Source of the DNA: Acidimicrobiaceae bacterium
GTDB lineage: Bacteria; Actinomycetota; Acidimicrobiia; Acidimicrobiales; RAAP-2
Reading direction: 5' to 3'
Length of the DNA stretch: 64,000 nt
NCBI GenBank assembly: GCA_027315315.1
Contig: DAHUYG010000049.1
Coordinates: 17,373-81,372 of the forward strand
Shown here piece by piece: positions 1 to 9,299 of this stretch. Below the pieces are notes generated by a model. The model was not told the DNA's origin. It was given only the letters and a program-made list of their open reading frames with translations, and searched no databases. How positions within the stretch are numbered: the stretch's first letter is position 1; each line of letters opens with the position of its first letter. Both the position numbers and the translations under genes were made by a program.

Positions 1-477
1 AAGGAGGACGGCAAGATCACCGCAGGCAACTCCTCGCAGATCACCGACGGCGCCTCGGGCGCCCTCATCATGAGCGAGGAGCGGGCGTCGGCCCTCGGCT
101 ACACGCCCCGCGCCCGCTTCGTGGCCTTCGCGGTGACCGGCGCCGACCCGGTCTCCATGCTGACCGGCCCGATCCCGGCCACGAGGATGGTCTTGGAGCG
201 CGCCAAGCTCACGATCGACGATATCGACGCGGTGGAGATCAACGAGGCCTTCGCCTCGGTCGTGCTCGCCTGGGAGAAGGAGCTCCACCCCGACATGGAG
301 AAGGTGAACGTGAACGGCGGCGCCATCGCCCTCGGACACCCCCTCGGCGCGTCGGGCGCCAAGCTCCTCGCCACGCTCCTCACCGAGCTCGAGCGGACCG
401 ACGGCCGCTACGGCCTGCTCACGATGTGCGAGGGCGGCGGGCTCGCCAACGCCTGCATCATCGAGCGGATGGGCTGA
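1..477 (+). CDS. acetyl-CoA C-acetyltransferase (thiolase), C-terminal part; 5' end outside window
   Basis: Frame 1 is open from nt 1 ([24 protein letters not shown]..) into listed ORF 70..477. It carries thiolase C-terminal signatures [17 protein letters not shown] and [11 protein letters not shown]. Confidence 0.9.
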   Translation, partial: KEDGKITAGNSSQITDGASGALIMSEERASALGYTPRARFVAFAVTGADPVSMLTGPIPATRMVLERAKLTIDDIDAVEINEAFASVVLAWEKELHPDMEKVNVNGGAIALGHPLGASGAKLLATLLTELERTDGRYGLLTMCEGGGLANACIIERMG

Positions 478-483
478 GGGCCC

Positions 484-774
484 TCAGCGATATCGCGTCG
501 CCATCATGAAGGCGACCAGGATGATCACGAGGCCTGCGATCAGGTACCAGACCGACACCGAGGCGGGCAGGACGCCGAGGTAGTTGAGCAGGATCATCAG
601 GATCCCGAAGACCATCAAGAAGATGATCAGCGGGCCGAACCACGGTGCGCTCCGGCGGACCTTGTTCGGGACCGGCCGGGTGTAGCGGCCGCTCTGCTCG
701 GGCGGCGTGTAGCGCCCGACGCGGCGGGCCGCCTTGGGCTGGGCGCGGCCTGATCCGGAGGTCTTGGGAGCCAT
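484..774 (-). CDS. crgA: cell division membrane protein CrgA
   Basis: 96 aa with a basic N-terminus containing RYTPP. Two TM helices (WFGPLIIFLMVFGILMILLNYLG; VWYLIAGLVIILVAFMMA) and a C-terminal TRYR. Sits next to trpG/pknB as in other actinobacteria. Confidence 0.8.
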   Translation of the reverse strand: MAPKTSGSGRAQPKAARRVGRYTPPEQSGRYTRPVPNKVRRSAPWFGPLIIFLMVFGILMILLNYLGVLPASVSVWYLIAGLVIILVAFMMATRYR

Positions 775-820
775 CGCCCCGAGACTACCGAGGGCAGGGC
801 GCCGCTACCATGGCGCCACC

Positions 821-1402
821 GTGGGGGCCCGCGTCCTGCTCATCGACAACTACGACTCGTTCGTCTACAACCTCGTCCAGGAGTTGGGCGAGCTCGGCGC
901 CGAGCCGGTGGTCCGGAGAAACGACGCCATCGACGTGGCGGGGATCGCGGCCGCCGCCCCCGACGGCATCGTGATCTCGCCGGGGCCCGGCCGGCCCGAG
1001 TCCGCCGGCGTGTCGATGGAGGTCGTCTCGGCCTTCGCGGGCAAGATCCCGATCCTCGGCGTCTGCCTCGGCCACCAGTGCATCGGCGAGGTGTTCGGCG
1101 GCCAGACGGTCTCGGCCCCCACCCTCATGCACGGCAAGACCTCCGAGATCCACCACGACGGCGCCGGGGTCTTTGCCGGGCTCCCCAACCCCTTCGTGGC
1201 GACCCGCTACCACTCCCTCGTGATCGAGCCCGAGAGCGTCCCCGAGGAGCTGACCGTCACGGCACGCACCGACGACGGCGTCGTCATGGGCTTCCGGCAC
1301 CGCGCGCTCGCCGTCGAGGGGGTGCAGTTCCATCCAGAATCGATCCTCACCGCCTCGGGGCCCCGGCTGCTCGAGAACTTCCTCGGCCAGCTGGCCGCCT
1401 GA
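821..1402 (+). CDS. trpG: anthranilate/aminodeoxychorismate synthase component II (glutamine amidotransferase)
   Basis: VLLIDNYDSFVYNLVQ, catalytic GVCLGHQ and FHPES motifs. I moved the start from listed ORF 734 to the in-frame GTG at 821, which removes the overlap with crgA. Confidence 0.85.
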   Translation: MGARVLLIDNYDSFVYNLVQELGELGAEPVVRRNDAIDVAGIAAAAPDGIVISPGPGRPESAGVSMEVVSAFAGKIPILGVCLGHQCIGEVFGGQTVSAPTLMHGKTSEIHHDGAGVFAGLPNPFVATRYHSLVIEPESVPEELTVTARTDDGVVMGFRHRALAVEGVQFHPESILTASGPRLLENFLGQLAA

Positions 1403-1411
1403 CGCCCGCCT

Positions 1412-2209
1412 TCAGACGGCGACGGGCCGCGAGGGCGTCGAGGGGGCGACGCCCCCGGTGGGCTCCACCCACGAGGGCTGGAAGGCCACCGCGCTCGGGG
1501 GCGCCCCGAGACGTATCGGCTCGCCCCAGCGGCCGAGGGTCACGAGCCCGATACCGCCCCCCGACATCGTCTCTTCGACCGGCAGGGGCTTGCCCTGGCT
1601 CGGGACGTACAAGGTGGCCGGGCCGGTGACCCCTTCGAGCGAGAGCGTGCCCTCGATGCCCACCACGCGACGCCCGAGCACGCTCGTGCGCCGCGCCCGG
1701 TGCAGCGGGGCGGTGAGGTCGAGCTCCTGCACGGTGCTCTTCACGGTCAACCCAGCGGCGATCCCTTGGAAGAAGGGCTGGTTCGAGGGGATCGAGATCC
1801 ACTGGTCGACCTCGGCCGCCGCCGCCGCCGGCGTGAACCCCTGGAACAAGAGGGCGTCGGCGCTGTCGCCCCGCATGTAGACGGTGTCGCCGAACAGCTC
1901 GATCTCGATCGTACCGGCGCTGCGGGCCCCGACGGTGATCGTGACCGTCTGGGTCCCCCGCGACACCCCGGCGTTCGTGCGCTCGACCACCGTGGCGCCG
2001 TTGGCCGACGTGGTCCCCGTCCAGTACACCGAGCGCTGCGCTCGCGACGCGTCGAGGGCCTTGGCCAAGGTGCGCGCGAGCGGATGGTCGGCGGCCCGGG
2101 CCCCCGACGCCGGCGCCCCCGCGACGAGCCCGACCGCGGCCGCGAGGAGACCCGCCGCCACACCCCGCCCGAGCGTGAGGATGTGCCGGGCTGGGCGGTG
2201 CTTGGTCAT
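1412..2209 (-). CDS. secreted protein of unknown function, immediately downstream of pknB
   Basis: 265 aa with a signal-peptide-like N-terminus (GVAAGLLAAAVGLVAGAPASGARA). Composition is not arginine/proline junk. Starts 15 nt after the pknB stop on the same strand. Confidence 0.6.
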   Translation of the reverse strand: MTKHRPARHILTLGRGVAAGLLAAAVGLVAGAPASGARAADHPLARTLAKALDASRAQRSVYWTGTTSANGATVVERTNAGVSRGTQTVTITVGARSAGTIEIELFGDTVYMRGDSADALLFQGFTPAAAAAEVDQWISIPSNQPFFQGIAAGLTVKSTVQELDLTAPLHRARRTSVLGRRVVGIEGTLSLEGVTGPATLYVPSQGKPLPVEETMSGGGIGLVTLGRWGEPIRLGAPPSAVAFQPSWVEPTGGVAPSTPSRPVAV

Positions 2210-2224
2210 GGGGCGCGGCGCTGC

Positions 2225-4147
2225 CTAGGGCACCGTGGTGGTGGTGGTGCTCGAGGTGGTCGTCGTGGCCGGGGTGGCCTCGCACACGGTGATCGTGTCG
2301 GTCGCCGGCAACGTCACCTGGGTGCCCGCCCCCGGGCTCTGGGCGACCACGTTTCCCTGGTTGGCGGGGTCGCAGGTCTGCGTCGTCGCCGACTGGACGG
2401 TGAGGCCCTGCCCCTGCAGCACGCTCGTCGCCGCGCTCTCGCTCTTGCCCTGGACGTCTTGGATGACGACCTGGCAGGGGCCCGAGGAGATCGTGAGGGC
2501 GACCGCGGTCCCGTTGCCGACCTGGGTGCTCGCCGCCGGGCTCGAGCCCGACACCTCGCCCGAGGGCACCGAGTTGGAGCAGGCGTTGGTCTGCGATCCG
2601 ACGGTGAGCCCGGCCCCGGTGAGCTGCGCCGAGGCCTCCGGTGGGGTGAGCCCGATGAGGTCGGGCACCGCGACCTGGTTCGTCGGCTTCGGCACCGAGA
2701 TCGTGACCGAGGAGCCGCGGCGGACCGTCGTGCCGCCGGCCGGCGACTGGGAGAGCACGTAGTTCTGGCGACCCCCGCTGCTCACGAACTTCACCGTCGA
2801 GTTCAGATGGTCGTTCTGGAGCAGCGCCTCGGCCGCGCCGAGCTCGTAGTTGACGACGTTGGGCACCTGGACCTTCGCCTCGCCGGCGCTGACCACGAGG
2901 TTCACGACCGCCTTCTGGGAGACATGGGAGCCCGGGGCGGGATCGGTGCTGAGCACGGTGCCGGACTTGGCCGGGTTGGCGACGTTGTGCGTCGTGCCGA
3001 TGACGAGGCCCTTCGAGGTGAGGATGTGCTCGGCCTGGTTGACCGGCTTGCCCACGACGTTGGGCAGCGAGAACCCGCCGGTGAAGGTGCTGACGAGGAG
3101 ATAGGCGACGACGGCGAGCGCCACGAGGAGGACGCCGAGCAGGATCAGCCATCCCCACGGGCGCCGGCGCTCAGAGCGCTCCCGCCTGCGGGCCGCCGGT
3201 GACTGGAAGGCCTGGGTGGCCGGCCCGACGGCGCCCATCGCCTGGGTGGCGCCGAGGGCGCCCATCACCCCGGTCGCGTCCATGTTCCCGTCCAACGGGC
3301 CGGCCAGGACGGGCTGGCCCTCCACGAAGCGCAGGAGATCGGCCCGGAAGTCCTCGGCGCTCTGGTAGCGCTGGTCGGGAAGCTTGGCCATCGCCTTCAT
3401 GGTCACGGCCTCGAGCTCGACGGGCACCGTGTCGAGGAGCTCCCGGGGCGTCGGCGGCACGTCGCGCACGTGCTTGGACGCCACCGACACCGGGGTGTCG
3501 CCGAGGAACGGCGGCCGGCCGGTGAGCATCTCGAAGAGGACGACCCCGAGCGAGTAGATGTCGGTGCGGGCGTCGACGCCGATGCCCTCGGCCTGCTCGG
3601 GCGAGAAGTAGGTGGCGGTGCCCATCACGGCGCCGGTCTGGGTGAGGCTCTCCTCGGTGTTAACCGCTCGGGCGATGCCGAAGTCGGTGACCTTCACCTG
3701 GCCCTCGTTGGTGATGAGCACGTTGCCGGGCTTGATGTCGCGGTGCACGACGCCGTGGCGATGCGCCGAGGCGAGCGCCGCCGCCACCTGGGCGGTGATC
3801 TGTGCCGCCCGGCCCGGCTCGATCGGCCCCGACTCGCGCAGCACCGCCGAGAGCGGGCGCCCGTCGACGAACTCCATCACGATGAAGTACGAGCCGGCGT
3901 CCTCGCCCCAGTCGAAGACCGGGACGATGTTGGGGTGCGAGAGCTTCGCCGCCGCCTGGGCCTCCCGGCGGAAGCGCTCGACGAAGGCCCGGTCGACCGA
4001 GAGCTCGGGGAACAGCACCTTGAGGGCGACCGGGCGGTCCAACAGCCGGTCGCGGGCCCGGTAGACCTCGGCCATCCCGCCCCGCGCGATCAGGTGGGTC
4101 AGCTCGTAGCGGTCCGAGAAGACGCGCGGGGTCTCGACGGGCTGCAT
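2225..4147 (-). CDS. pknB: Ser/Thr protein kinase PknB with four extracellular PASTA repeats
   Basis: Hanks kinase motifs (GGMAEVY, HRDIKPGN, DFGIA, SPEQA), a single TM helix (WGWLILLGVLLVALAVVAYLLV), then four repeats of the PNVVG/VPDLIG..G type. Confidence 0.95.
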   Translation of the reverse strand: MQPVETPRVFSDRYELTHLIARGGMAEVYRARDRLLDRPVALKVLFPELSVDRAFVERFRREAQAAAKLSHPNIVPVFDWGEDAGSYFIVMEFVDGRPLSAVLRESGPIEPGRAAQITAQVAAALASAHRHGVVHRDIKPGNVLITNEGQVKVTDFGIARAVNTEESLTQTGAVMGTATYFSPEQAEGIGVDARTDIYSLGVVLFEMLTGRPPFLGDTPVSVASKHVRDVPPTPRELLDTVPVELEAVTMKAMAKLPDQRYQSAEDFRADLLRFVEGQPVLAGPLDGNMDATGVMGALGATQAMGAVGPATQAFQSPAARRRERSERRRPWGWLILLGVLLVALAVVAYLLVSTFTGGFSLPNVVGKPVNQAEHILTSKGLVIGTTHNVANPAKSGTVLSTDPAPGSHVSQKAVVNLVVSAGEAKVQVPNVVNYELGAAEALLQNDHLNSTVKFVSSGGRQNYVLSQSPAGGTTVRRGSSVTISVPKPTNQVAVPDLIGLTPPEASAQLTGAGLTVGSQTNACSNSVPSGEVSGSSPAASTQVGNGTAVALTISSGPCQVVIQDVQGKSESAATSVLQGQGLTVQSATTQTCDPANQGNVVAQSPGAGTQVTLPATDTITVCEATPATTTTSSTTTTTVP

Positions 4148-4262
4148 GGCGCTCAGAGCCTACGCGGCGTCACCCGCCGCTTGGCGTAGCCGGAGCACCG
4201 CACCGGGGCGATCGAAGACCTGGTCACGGGCGAAGTGGGTCCGCTGGCATCCGGGCGCACCT

Positions 4263-5645
4263 CTACCCTCCGCCACCCGTCGGCGCGGCGTTCTGCTGGG
4301 TCACGAACTCCTGGTGGAGGTTGGCGATGTATTGCTCGCCGGCCCGCAGCGACGGCTCGTCCACCGTGGCGCGCAGCGCTGCGAGCCTCCTCGGCAGGAC
4401 CTCGGTGGTGGTGACGCCGCTCCGGTCGAGCAGCCGTGGCTCGAAGCCGAGGAACCCGCCCTGGCGGCCCTGGTAGACGGCGAGGTCACCGTGGTCGATG
4501 GCCACGTACCAGTTGTCCATCGCGTACCAGTGGACGACGGCCACGGCGCCGGCCGGAACGGCCAGGACGAGGAGGAAGAAGAGAACCACCCGCAGCGTGA
4601 TGCGGCGCGGGATGCCCAGGCGGCGCCGGCGCTCCGCCCGGGTCTCCCTGGGCGGGGGCGCCAGCCTCGGCTCGCTCCGGTACTCGCGCGGGGGCAGCGT
4701 CTGCACCGACGAAGGCGAGGCGACGAAGGCCTCCCCGCTCGGGCGCTGCGCTGTCGGACCCTGACCGCCGCCGACCGCCGGCACGACGGCCGTGATCGGG
4801 TCCCCGCCGGGGTGGGTGCGCGTCGGCATCTGCGGGTCGCCGGGGGGGACGGCCGGCGGGACGTTGACCGTCCCTGGGACCGGCACCCGGGCCACCTCGG
4901 AGGGCTCGCGGCTCGCGTCCTCCCCCACGAGGACGTCGACCACAACGACGGTGATGTTGTCGCTGCCGCCGTGCGCGTTGGCCCGGTCCACCAGCGCGCG
5001 GGCCGCCTTGCGCGGGTCGCGCACCGACTCGAGGACCTGGCCGATCTGGGCCACGCTCACCTCGTTGGTCAGGCCGTCGCTGCAGAGCAGGAGCCGATCG
5101 CCGGTGTGGACGTGGAGCTCCCACAAATCGACGTCGACCTCGGGACTGACGCCGAGCGCCCGGGTGAGGATGTGACGGTGCGGATGCACCTCCGCCTCGG
5201 CCTCGGTCATCTCGCCGTGGCGCACCCGCTCCTCGGCCAGGCTGTGGTCGGCGGTGATCTGGCGGACCAGGCCCCCCGACATGAGATAGGCGCGCGAGTC
5301 GCCCACGTTGGCCAGGCACATGACGTCACGCCCGTCGGAGCCGACGGTCAACCCGGCAGCGGTGAGCGTGGTGCCCATCCCCCGCAGCTGTTCGACCTCG
5401 AGGCTCTTCTCCCAGATCGCCGCGTTGGCGGCGACGAACGCCTCGCGTAACCCGGCCACCGTGGGGTTCCTGTCATACGCGCCCTGGAGGGTGTCGATTG
5501 CGAGCCGCGCCGCCACCTCCCCGCCGACGTGACCCCCCATGCCGTCGGCCACCGCGAAGAGCGTGTCGCCGGCGGCGGCCCGGTCCTCGTTGCTATCCCG
5601 GGCCCGCCCGACATCGGTGGCAACCCCGGAACGCAGCACCGTCAC
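4263..5645 (-). CDS. pstP: PP2C-family Ser/Thr phosphatase PstP with TM helix and C-terminal extracytoplasmic domain
   Basis: PP2C motifs RDSNEDR, FAVADGMGGH, LLLCSDGL and GGSDNITVVVVD, plus a TM segment VVLFFLLVLAVPAGAVAVV. Start set at GTG 5645, which overlaps the fhaB stop as GTGA; the listed ORF runs up to 5843. Confidence 0.9.
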   Translation of the reverse strand: MTVLRSGVATDVGRARDSNEDRAAAGDTLFAVADGMGGHVGGEVAARLAIDTLQGAYDRNPTVAGLREAFVAANAAIWEKSLEVEQLRGMGTTLTAAGLTVGSDGRDVMCLANVGDSRAYLMSGGLVRQITADHSLAEERVRHGEMTEAEAEVHPHRHILTRALGVSPEVDVDLWELHVHTGDRLLLCSDGLTNEVSVAQIGQVLESVRDPRKAARALVDRANAHGGSDNITVVVVDVLVGEDASREPSEVARVPVPGTVNVPPAVPPGDPQMPTRTHPGGDPITAVVPAVGGGQGPTAQRPSGEAFVASPSSVQTLPPREYRSEPRLAPPPRETRAERRRRLGIPRRITLRVVLFFLLVLAVPAGAVAVVHWYAMDNWYVAIDHGDLAVYQGRQGGFLGFEPRLLDRSGVTTTEVLPRRLAALRATVDEPSLRAGEQYIANLHQEFVTQQNAAPTGGGG

Positions 5646-6139
5646 CGGCGAACCTCGAAGACCGTGGCCCCGATCTGCAGGATGTCGCCCTTGGCCAGGC
5701 GAGACGGCTGGGAGATGCGCTCGGAGTTGACGAACGTGCCATTGGTCGAGCCGAGATCCTCGACCCAGACCTGGCCGCCGCTGCGATACACCCGGGCGTG
5801 CACCGTCGAGCTGTACGCGTCGTAGGTCGTCGGGATCCCGCACCCGTTCGATCGGCCCACCGTGACCTCGCCGTCGAGGTCATAGACGGTGCCCTCGCGC
5901 TCGGTGGGCTCGATGACCTCGAGGCGCAGCTGGTGGCGCGACCGCGTCTCGCGCAGCGGTCGGCGGTCCTCATCGTCGGCCCGCCGCTGGGCCCGCCGCT
6001 GGGCCCGGGTGGGACCGGCCGGGCGAACCTCGACGAAGACGGCCCGGACCACCCGGAGGAAGAACAAGAAGATGAGGATGACCACCAGCCACTGCAGTGG
6101 TCGGATGATCGCCGAGTAGTTCGTGCCTAGGAGGAGCAC
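5642..6139 (-). CDS. fhaB: FHA-domain membrane protein (FhaB/FipA-like)
   Basis: N-terminal TM helix (LQWLVVILIFLFFL) and C-terminal FHA domain (VTVGRS..GCGI....D.YSSTVHARV....GQVWVEDLGSTNGTFVN). Start taken as GTG 6139, which avoids a 50-nt overlap with fhaA; the listed start is 6202. Confidence 0.8.
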   Translation of the reverse strand: MLLLGTNYSAIIRPLQWLVVILIFLFFLRVVRAVFVEVRPAGPTRAQRRAQRRADDEDRRPLRETRSRHQLRLEVIEPTEREGTVYDLDGEVTVGRSNGCGIPTTYDAYSSTVHARVYRSGGQVWVEDLGSTNGTFVNSERISQPSRLAKGDILQIGATVFEVRR

Positions 6140-6152
6140 GGGCCACCCACCC

Positions 6153-6821
6153 TCAGAGCATCTCAAAGACGAGCGTCGTCGAGCCCACGGTGATGTTGTC
6201 ACCCGTCGAGAGGTAGCTCTCCCTGATCGGCGTCCCGTTGACCTTGGTCCCGTTGGTCGAGCCGAGGTCGCGGACGACGAACGCGTCGTTCATCCGGAGC
6301 ACCTCGGCGTGACGGCGGCTGACGTTGGGGTCGCTCAGCACGATCGAGCACTCCGGCATCCGGCCGATCACCAGGGGTTCGGTCTCGACCTGCACCCGGC
6401 CGCCCCCCGGCAGGACGAGCTCCGCCGGCGCCAGGCCGTCGGGGCCCTCGATCACCTCGGCCTCCACGCTGAAGCGGCCCGCCCGGAGCCTCGGGCCCTC
6501 CAGGATCTGGACCTCGATCGGGCCGACGAAGGTGTACTGCTCGTTGCGCGCGTGCTCCCGGGCCGCCTCGGCGAGCTCCCGCACCAGCGCGTCGAGGAAG
6601 TTCGCGAACCGGTCCACGTCGGGCTTGGCGAGGGTCACGGCGAAGGAATTGGGCGCGATGAGGCCGCGCACGCCAACGCGCCTGTGGAGGTCCATCTCCC
6701 TCGTCAGGCGACGCCCGATCTCGACCGGCTGGAGGCTGCTTCGGAAGGGTTTGGCCAATGTTCCTTCCACGATGCGCTCGAGTCGGTCCTCGAACTGTTG
6801 GAGTCCCATGGTCTCGGACAT
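6153..6821 (-). CDS. fhaA: FhaA-like protein (DUF3662-type N-terminal domain + C-terminal FHA)
   Basis: N-terminus MGLQQFEDRLERIVEG..FRSSLQPVEIGRRL resembles the FhaA N-domain. C-terminal FHA: PLVIGR..ECSIVLSDPNVSRRHAEV....VVRDLGSTNGTKVNG. The linker is short compared with mycobacterial FhaA. Confidence 0.85.
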   Translation of the reverse strand: MSETMGLQQFEDRLERIVEGTLAKPFRSSLQPVEIGRRLTREMDLHRRVGVRGLIAPNSFAVTLAKPDVDRFANFLDALVRELAEAAREHARNEQYTFVGPIEVQILEGPRLRAGRFSVEAEVIEGPDGLAPAELVLPGGGRVQVETEPLVIGRMPECSIVLSDPNVSRRHAEVLRMNDAFVVRDLGSTNGTKVNGTPIRESYLSTGDNITVGSTTLVFEML

Positions 6822-6922
6822 CCTACCGGCCGGGGCCCCAATTCCCGATGCGCGACGTCGCGGCCGCCCTGCTCACCGGGGTGGAGCCCTCCAGGGAGGC
6901 TTGACTAGCCTGAACCGGCTCG

Positions 6923-7009
6923 GGGCGAGTGGCGGAATAGGCAGACGCGCAGGATTCAGGTTCCTGTGTCCGCAAGGACGTGGGGGTTCAAGTCCCCCCT
7001 CGCCCACCA
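6923..7009 (+). tRNA. tRNA-Leu (anticodon CAG), CCA encoded
   Basis: Hand-folded. Acceptor GGGCGAG/CTCGCCC; anticodon stem CAGGA/TCCTG with loop TTCAGGT; long variable arm GTCC-gcaa-GGAC; T arm GGGGG-TTCAAGT-CCCCC; discriminator A + CCA. Confidence 0.9.
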
Positions 7010-7141
7010 AGAAATCCCTGGTAGAGAGGGGTGCCGAGGGTGCCCTCTTTGCCGATCTTCTACCGGCCACGGACTCTTGGCTGACGTGCTGAGTGGTCGC
7101 AAGGTGCCCGTGTACGGCGATGGACTCCAGCGACCATCCCC

Positions 7142-8065
7142 TCATGGAGCTATGGCAATGACCAGCTTCCCTCGGACATGGCCGTCCTCCAGGTGGCGGT
7201 GAGCCTCGACTACCCGGTCCAATGCAAACACGTCCTGCACGGCCACAAACAACTGTTCCGCCCTCATCAGCTCCGAGAGGCGGGTCAGACGCTCGGAGCT
7301 GGCTTCACAGCGGATCGGGGTGACGGTGATCCCGTTGGCCAGATCGCCCGGCACGCCGGCCACCGCCGCCACCTTCGCCCCTGGAGACAGGCAACCCAGG
7401 TACGACTCGATGTTGGCGGCCCCGACGCTGTCCAGCAGGTACGGAATTCCCCGAAGCCCTTGGCGGTGGTCCTCGTCCCGGTAGTCCAGCACTTCCGCGG
7501 CGCCGAGACCCCCCACGAAGTCCAGGTTGGCCGGCCCAGCGGTGGCGATCACCTCCAAGCCCAGAGCCGCCGCGATCTGAACGCCCAGGTGGCCGACCCC
7601 GCCGGAGCCGGAAGTCACCAGGACCCGCTCCCCCGCCTGAGCCCCCAGAGCCTCGAGGCCTTGGAGAGCGGTCAGACCCGCCAGCGGCAGCCCGGCCGCT
7701 TCGTGCACCGGAACCCCCGGCGGCCTGAGGGCGAGGGATGAGGCGGCCACCACCAGGCGTTCGGCATGGCCTCCGGGACGGGCGCCCCAGCCGAAGAAGG
7801 CGAAGACCTCCTGGCCCGGTTCCAGCCCCTCGACACCAGGACCCACCTCCGTCACCCGCCCGGCCGCCTCCCGGCCGGCGACGTAGGGCAGGTCGACCCC
7901 GCCCGGGCGTCCTCGGGCCCGGATCTTGGTGTCGCTGGGATTGAGACCGGCCGCCTGGACGGCCACCAGCACCTCGCCGGGACCGGGTGGACCCGGCTCG
8001 GGCCAGTCCCCGCGAACCTGGATCACCTCGGCCGGGCCGTGTCGGGGAACCACTGCGGCACGCAC
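7142..8065 (-). CDS. NADPH:quinone oxidoreductase / zinc-type alcohol dehydrogenase family (MDR superfamily)
   Basis: MDR pattern RAAVVPRHGPAEVIQV...EVLVAVQAAGLNPSD and Rossmann GSGGVGHLGVQIAAALG. Start set at GTG 8065; the listed 446-aa ORF has a Pro/Arg-rich junk N-terminus. Confidence 0.8.
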   Translation of the reverse strand: MRAAVVPRHGPAEVIQVRGDWPEPGPPGPGEVLVAVQAAGLNPSDTKIRARGRPGGVDLPYVAGREAAGRVTEVGPGVEGLEPGQEVFAFFGWGARPGGHAERLVVAASSLALRPPGVPVHEAAGLPLAGLTALQGLEALGAQAGERVLVTSGSGGVGHLGVQIAAALGLEVIATAGPANLDFVGGLGAAEVLDYRDEDHRQGLRGIPYLLDSVGAANIESYLGCLSPGAKVAAVAGVPGDLANGITVTPIRCEASSERLTRLSELMRAEQLFVAVQDVFALDRVVEAHRHLEDGHVRGKLVIAIAP

Positions 8066-8163
8066 GACCCCCAGCTTGGCGCGCCGGGCCCGGCTGCGCC
8101 GCCCGCGCTCGGAGTCAGATGCCACGGCTCGTGGCCCCGAGGACAGAATGATTTGATACAGCC

Positions 8164-8931
8164 GTGCCCCGGTCATTCGAGAATCTTCTGGACGAGGCCC
8201 TGAGGGTCCCGACCGACGGCTGGGACTTCTCGTGGCTCGAGGGCCGGGCGACAGAGGAGCGACCCTCATGGGGCTACCAGCGACTCCTGGCCGGCAAGCT
8301 CGCCTCGGCCACCGCCGCCTTGGACCTGCAGACAGGAGGGGGTGAGGTCCTAGCTGGCGCCCGAGCGGAGAACTTCCCGCCGACCCTGGTGGCCACTGAG
8401 GGCTGGGCGCCCAACGTCGCCAAGGCGACCGGTCTGCTCCATCCGCTCGGAGCGGTGGTCGTGGCCGTGGCGGAGGACGCACCCCTTCCCTTCGCGGACG
8501 GGGCGTTCGACCTGGTGACCAGCCGCCACCCCGCCAGGGTCCACTGGGGCGAGATCGCCCGTGTGCTTCGACCCGGTGGGACCTACTTCGCCCAACACGT
8601 CGGCGGGCGCACCAACGTCGAGATCAGCGAGTACTTCATGGGACGGCTTAAGGCCGGCAACGGCCGGGACCATGAAGCCGAGGCCGAACGGGCCAAGGAA
8701 GCCGGCCTGGAGATCATCCAGTGCCGGAACGAGCGTCTGAAGCTCGAGTTCTTCGACGTCGGAGCAATGGTCTTCTTCCTGCGCAAGGTCATCTGGACCG
8801 TGCCCGACTTCAGCCCCGAGCAATACCGCCGTCGCTTGAAGGATCTCCACGACCAGATTGAGCAGAAGGGGGTCTTTCGCTCATCGATGTCCAGGACCCT
8901 TTTCGAATTGCGAAAGCCGCCTACCGCGTAG
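8164..8931 (+). CDS. class I SAM-dependent methyltransferase
   Basis: 255 aa with motif I-like LDLQTGGGEVLAG, FDLVTSRH and RVLRPGGTYFAQHVG. Confidence 0.8.
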   Translation: MPRSFENLLDEALRVPTDGWDFSWLEGRATEERPSWGYQRLLAGKLASATAALDLQTGGGEVLAGARAENFPPTLVATEGWAPNVAKATGLLHPLGAVVVAVAEDAPLPFADGAFDLVTSRHPARVHWGEIARVLRPGGTYFAQHVGGRTNVEISEYFMGRLKAGNGRDHEAEAERAKEAGLEIIQCRNERLKLEFFDVGAMVFFLRKVIWTVPDFSPEQYRRRLKDLHDQIEQKGVFRSSMSRTLFELRKPPTA

Positions 8932-9026
8932 CCCGAACCGCGCAGCTTCCAGGCTTCTCCGCCCCGATGAGGACCTTCGGGACCGTGCCGACGAACTGGC
9001 CGTGGGCCTACCGGCGCCGTTGTTCG

Positions 9027-9252
9027 TCCAGCCAGCGGTCCGCAGTGTCCGGTCCGATTCTTCCGGCGCTGAATGCTCGGCCGAGAGTCCCGGGACCCAA
9101 TACTCGAAGATGGTCAGCAATCCATCCGAGCGAAGAACTCGCACGGCTTCGGAGACGACGACGGCGCTCCGCGACGTGCTGAAAAACTCGTTCGACACCC
9201 GTGCCCCGGAGAAATCGAATGTCACCGGTCCCGATAAAGCCGCATCGCATCG
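9027..9252 (-). pseudogene. remnant of a SAM-dependent methyltransferase (C-terminal half only)
   Basis: Within listed ORF 8881..9303. FDFSGARVSNEFFSTSRSAVVVSEAVRVLRSDGLLTIFEY matches the post-motif-II/III pattern of Methyltransf_11-type enzymes (fD.v.s......a..E..RVLrpgG.l.i.e). No motif I is present, and it abuts the mazF 3' end. Confidence 0.4.
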
Positions 9253-9299
9253 CTTCCCACCTGCCACAGTTCGCCGGTTCTGCGGGGACTCGGATCCGC

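Noticed and set aside
1347-3202. Long listed ORFs 1347..3158 (-) and 1700..3202 (+), 500-600 aa
   Set aside because: They are out-of-frame or antisense shadows of pknB and the secreted-protein gene. Products are Arg/Gly/Pro/Ala/His-rich with no motifs, typical of GC-rich DNA.
6901-6906. TTGACT as the -35 of a tRNA-Leu promoter
   Set aside because: The matching -10 would fall inside the mature tRNA (start 6923), so the spacing is wrong.
7021-7050. Hairpin after tRNA-Leu (AGAGGG...CCCTCT) as a terminator
   Set aside because: The stem is only 6 bp, with a 12-nt loop and a direct GGGTGCC repeat inside. This is not convincing.
8066-8482. N-terminal 139 codons of listed ORF 7142..8482
   Set aside because: It is Pro/Arg-rich and would overlap the divergent methyltransferase gene. 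MDR-family homology begins at GTG 8065.
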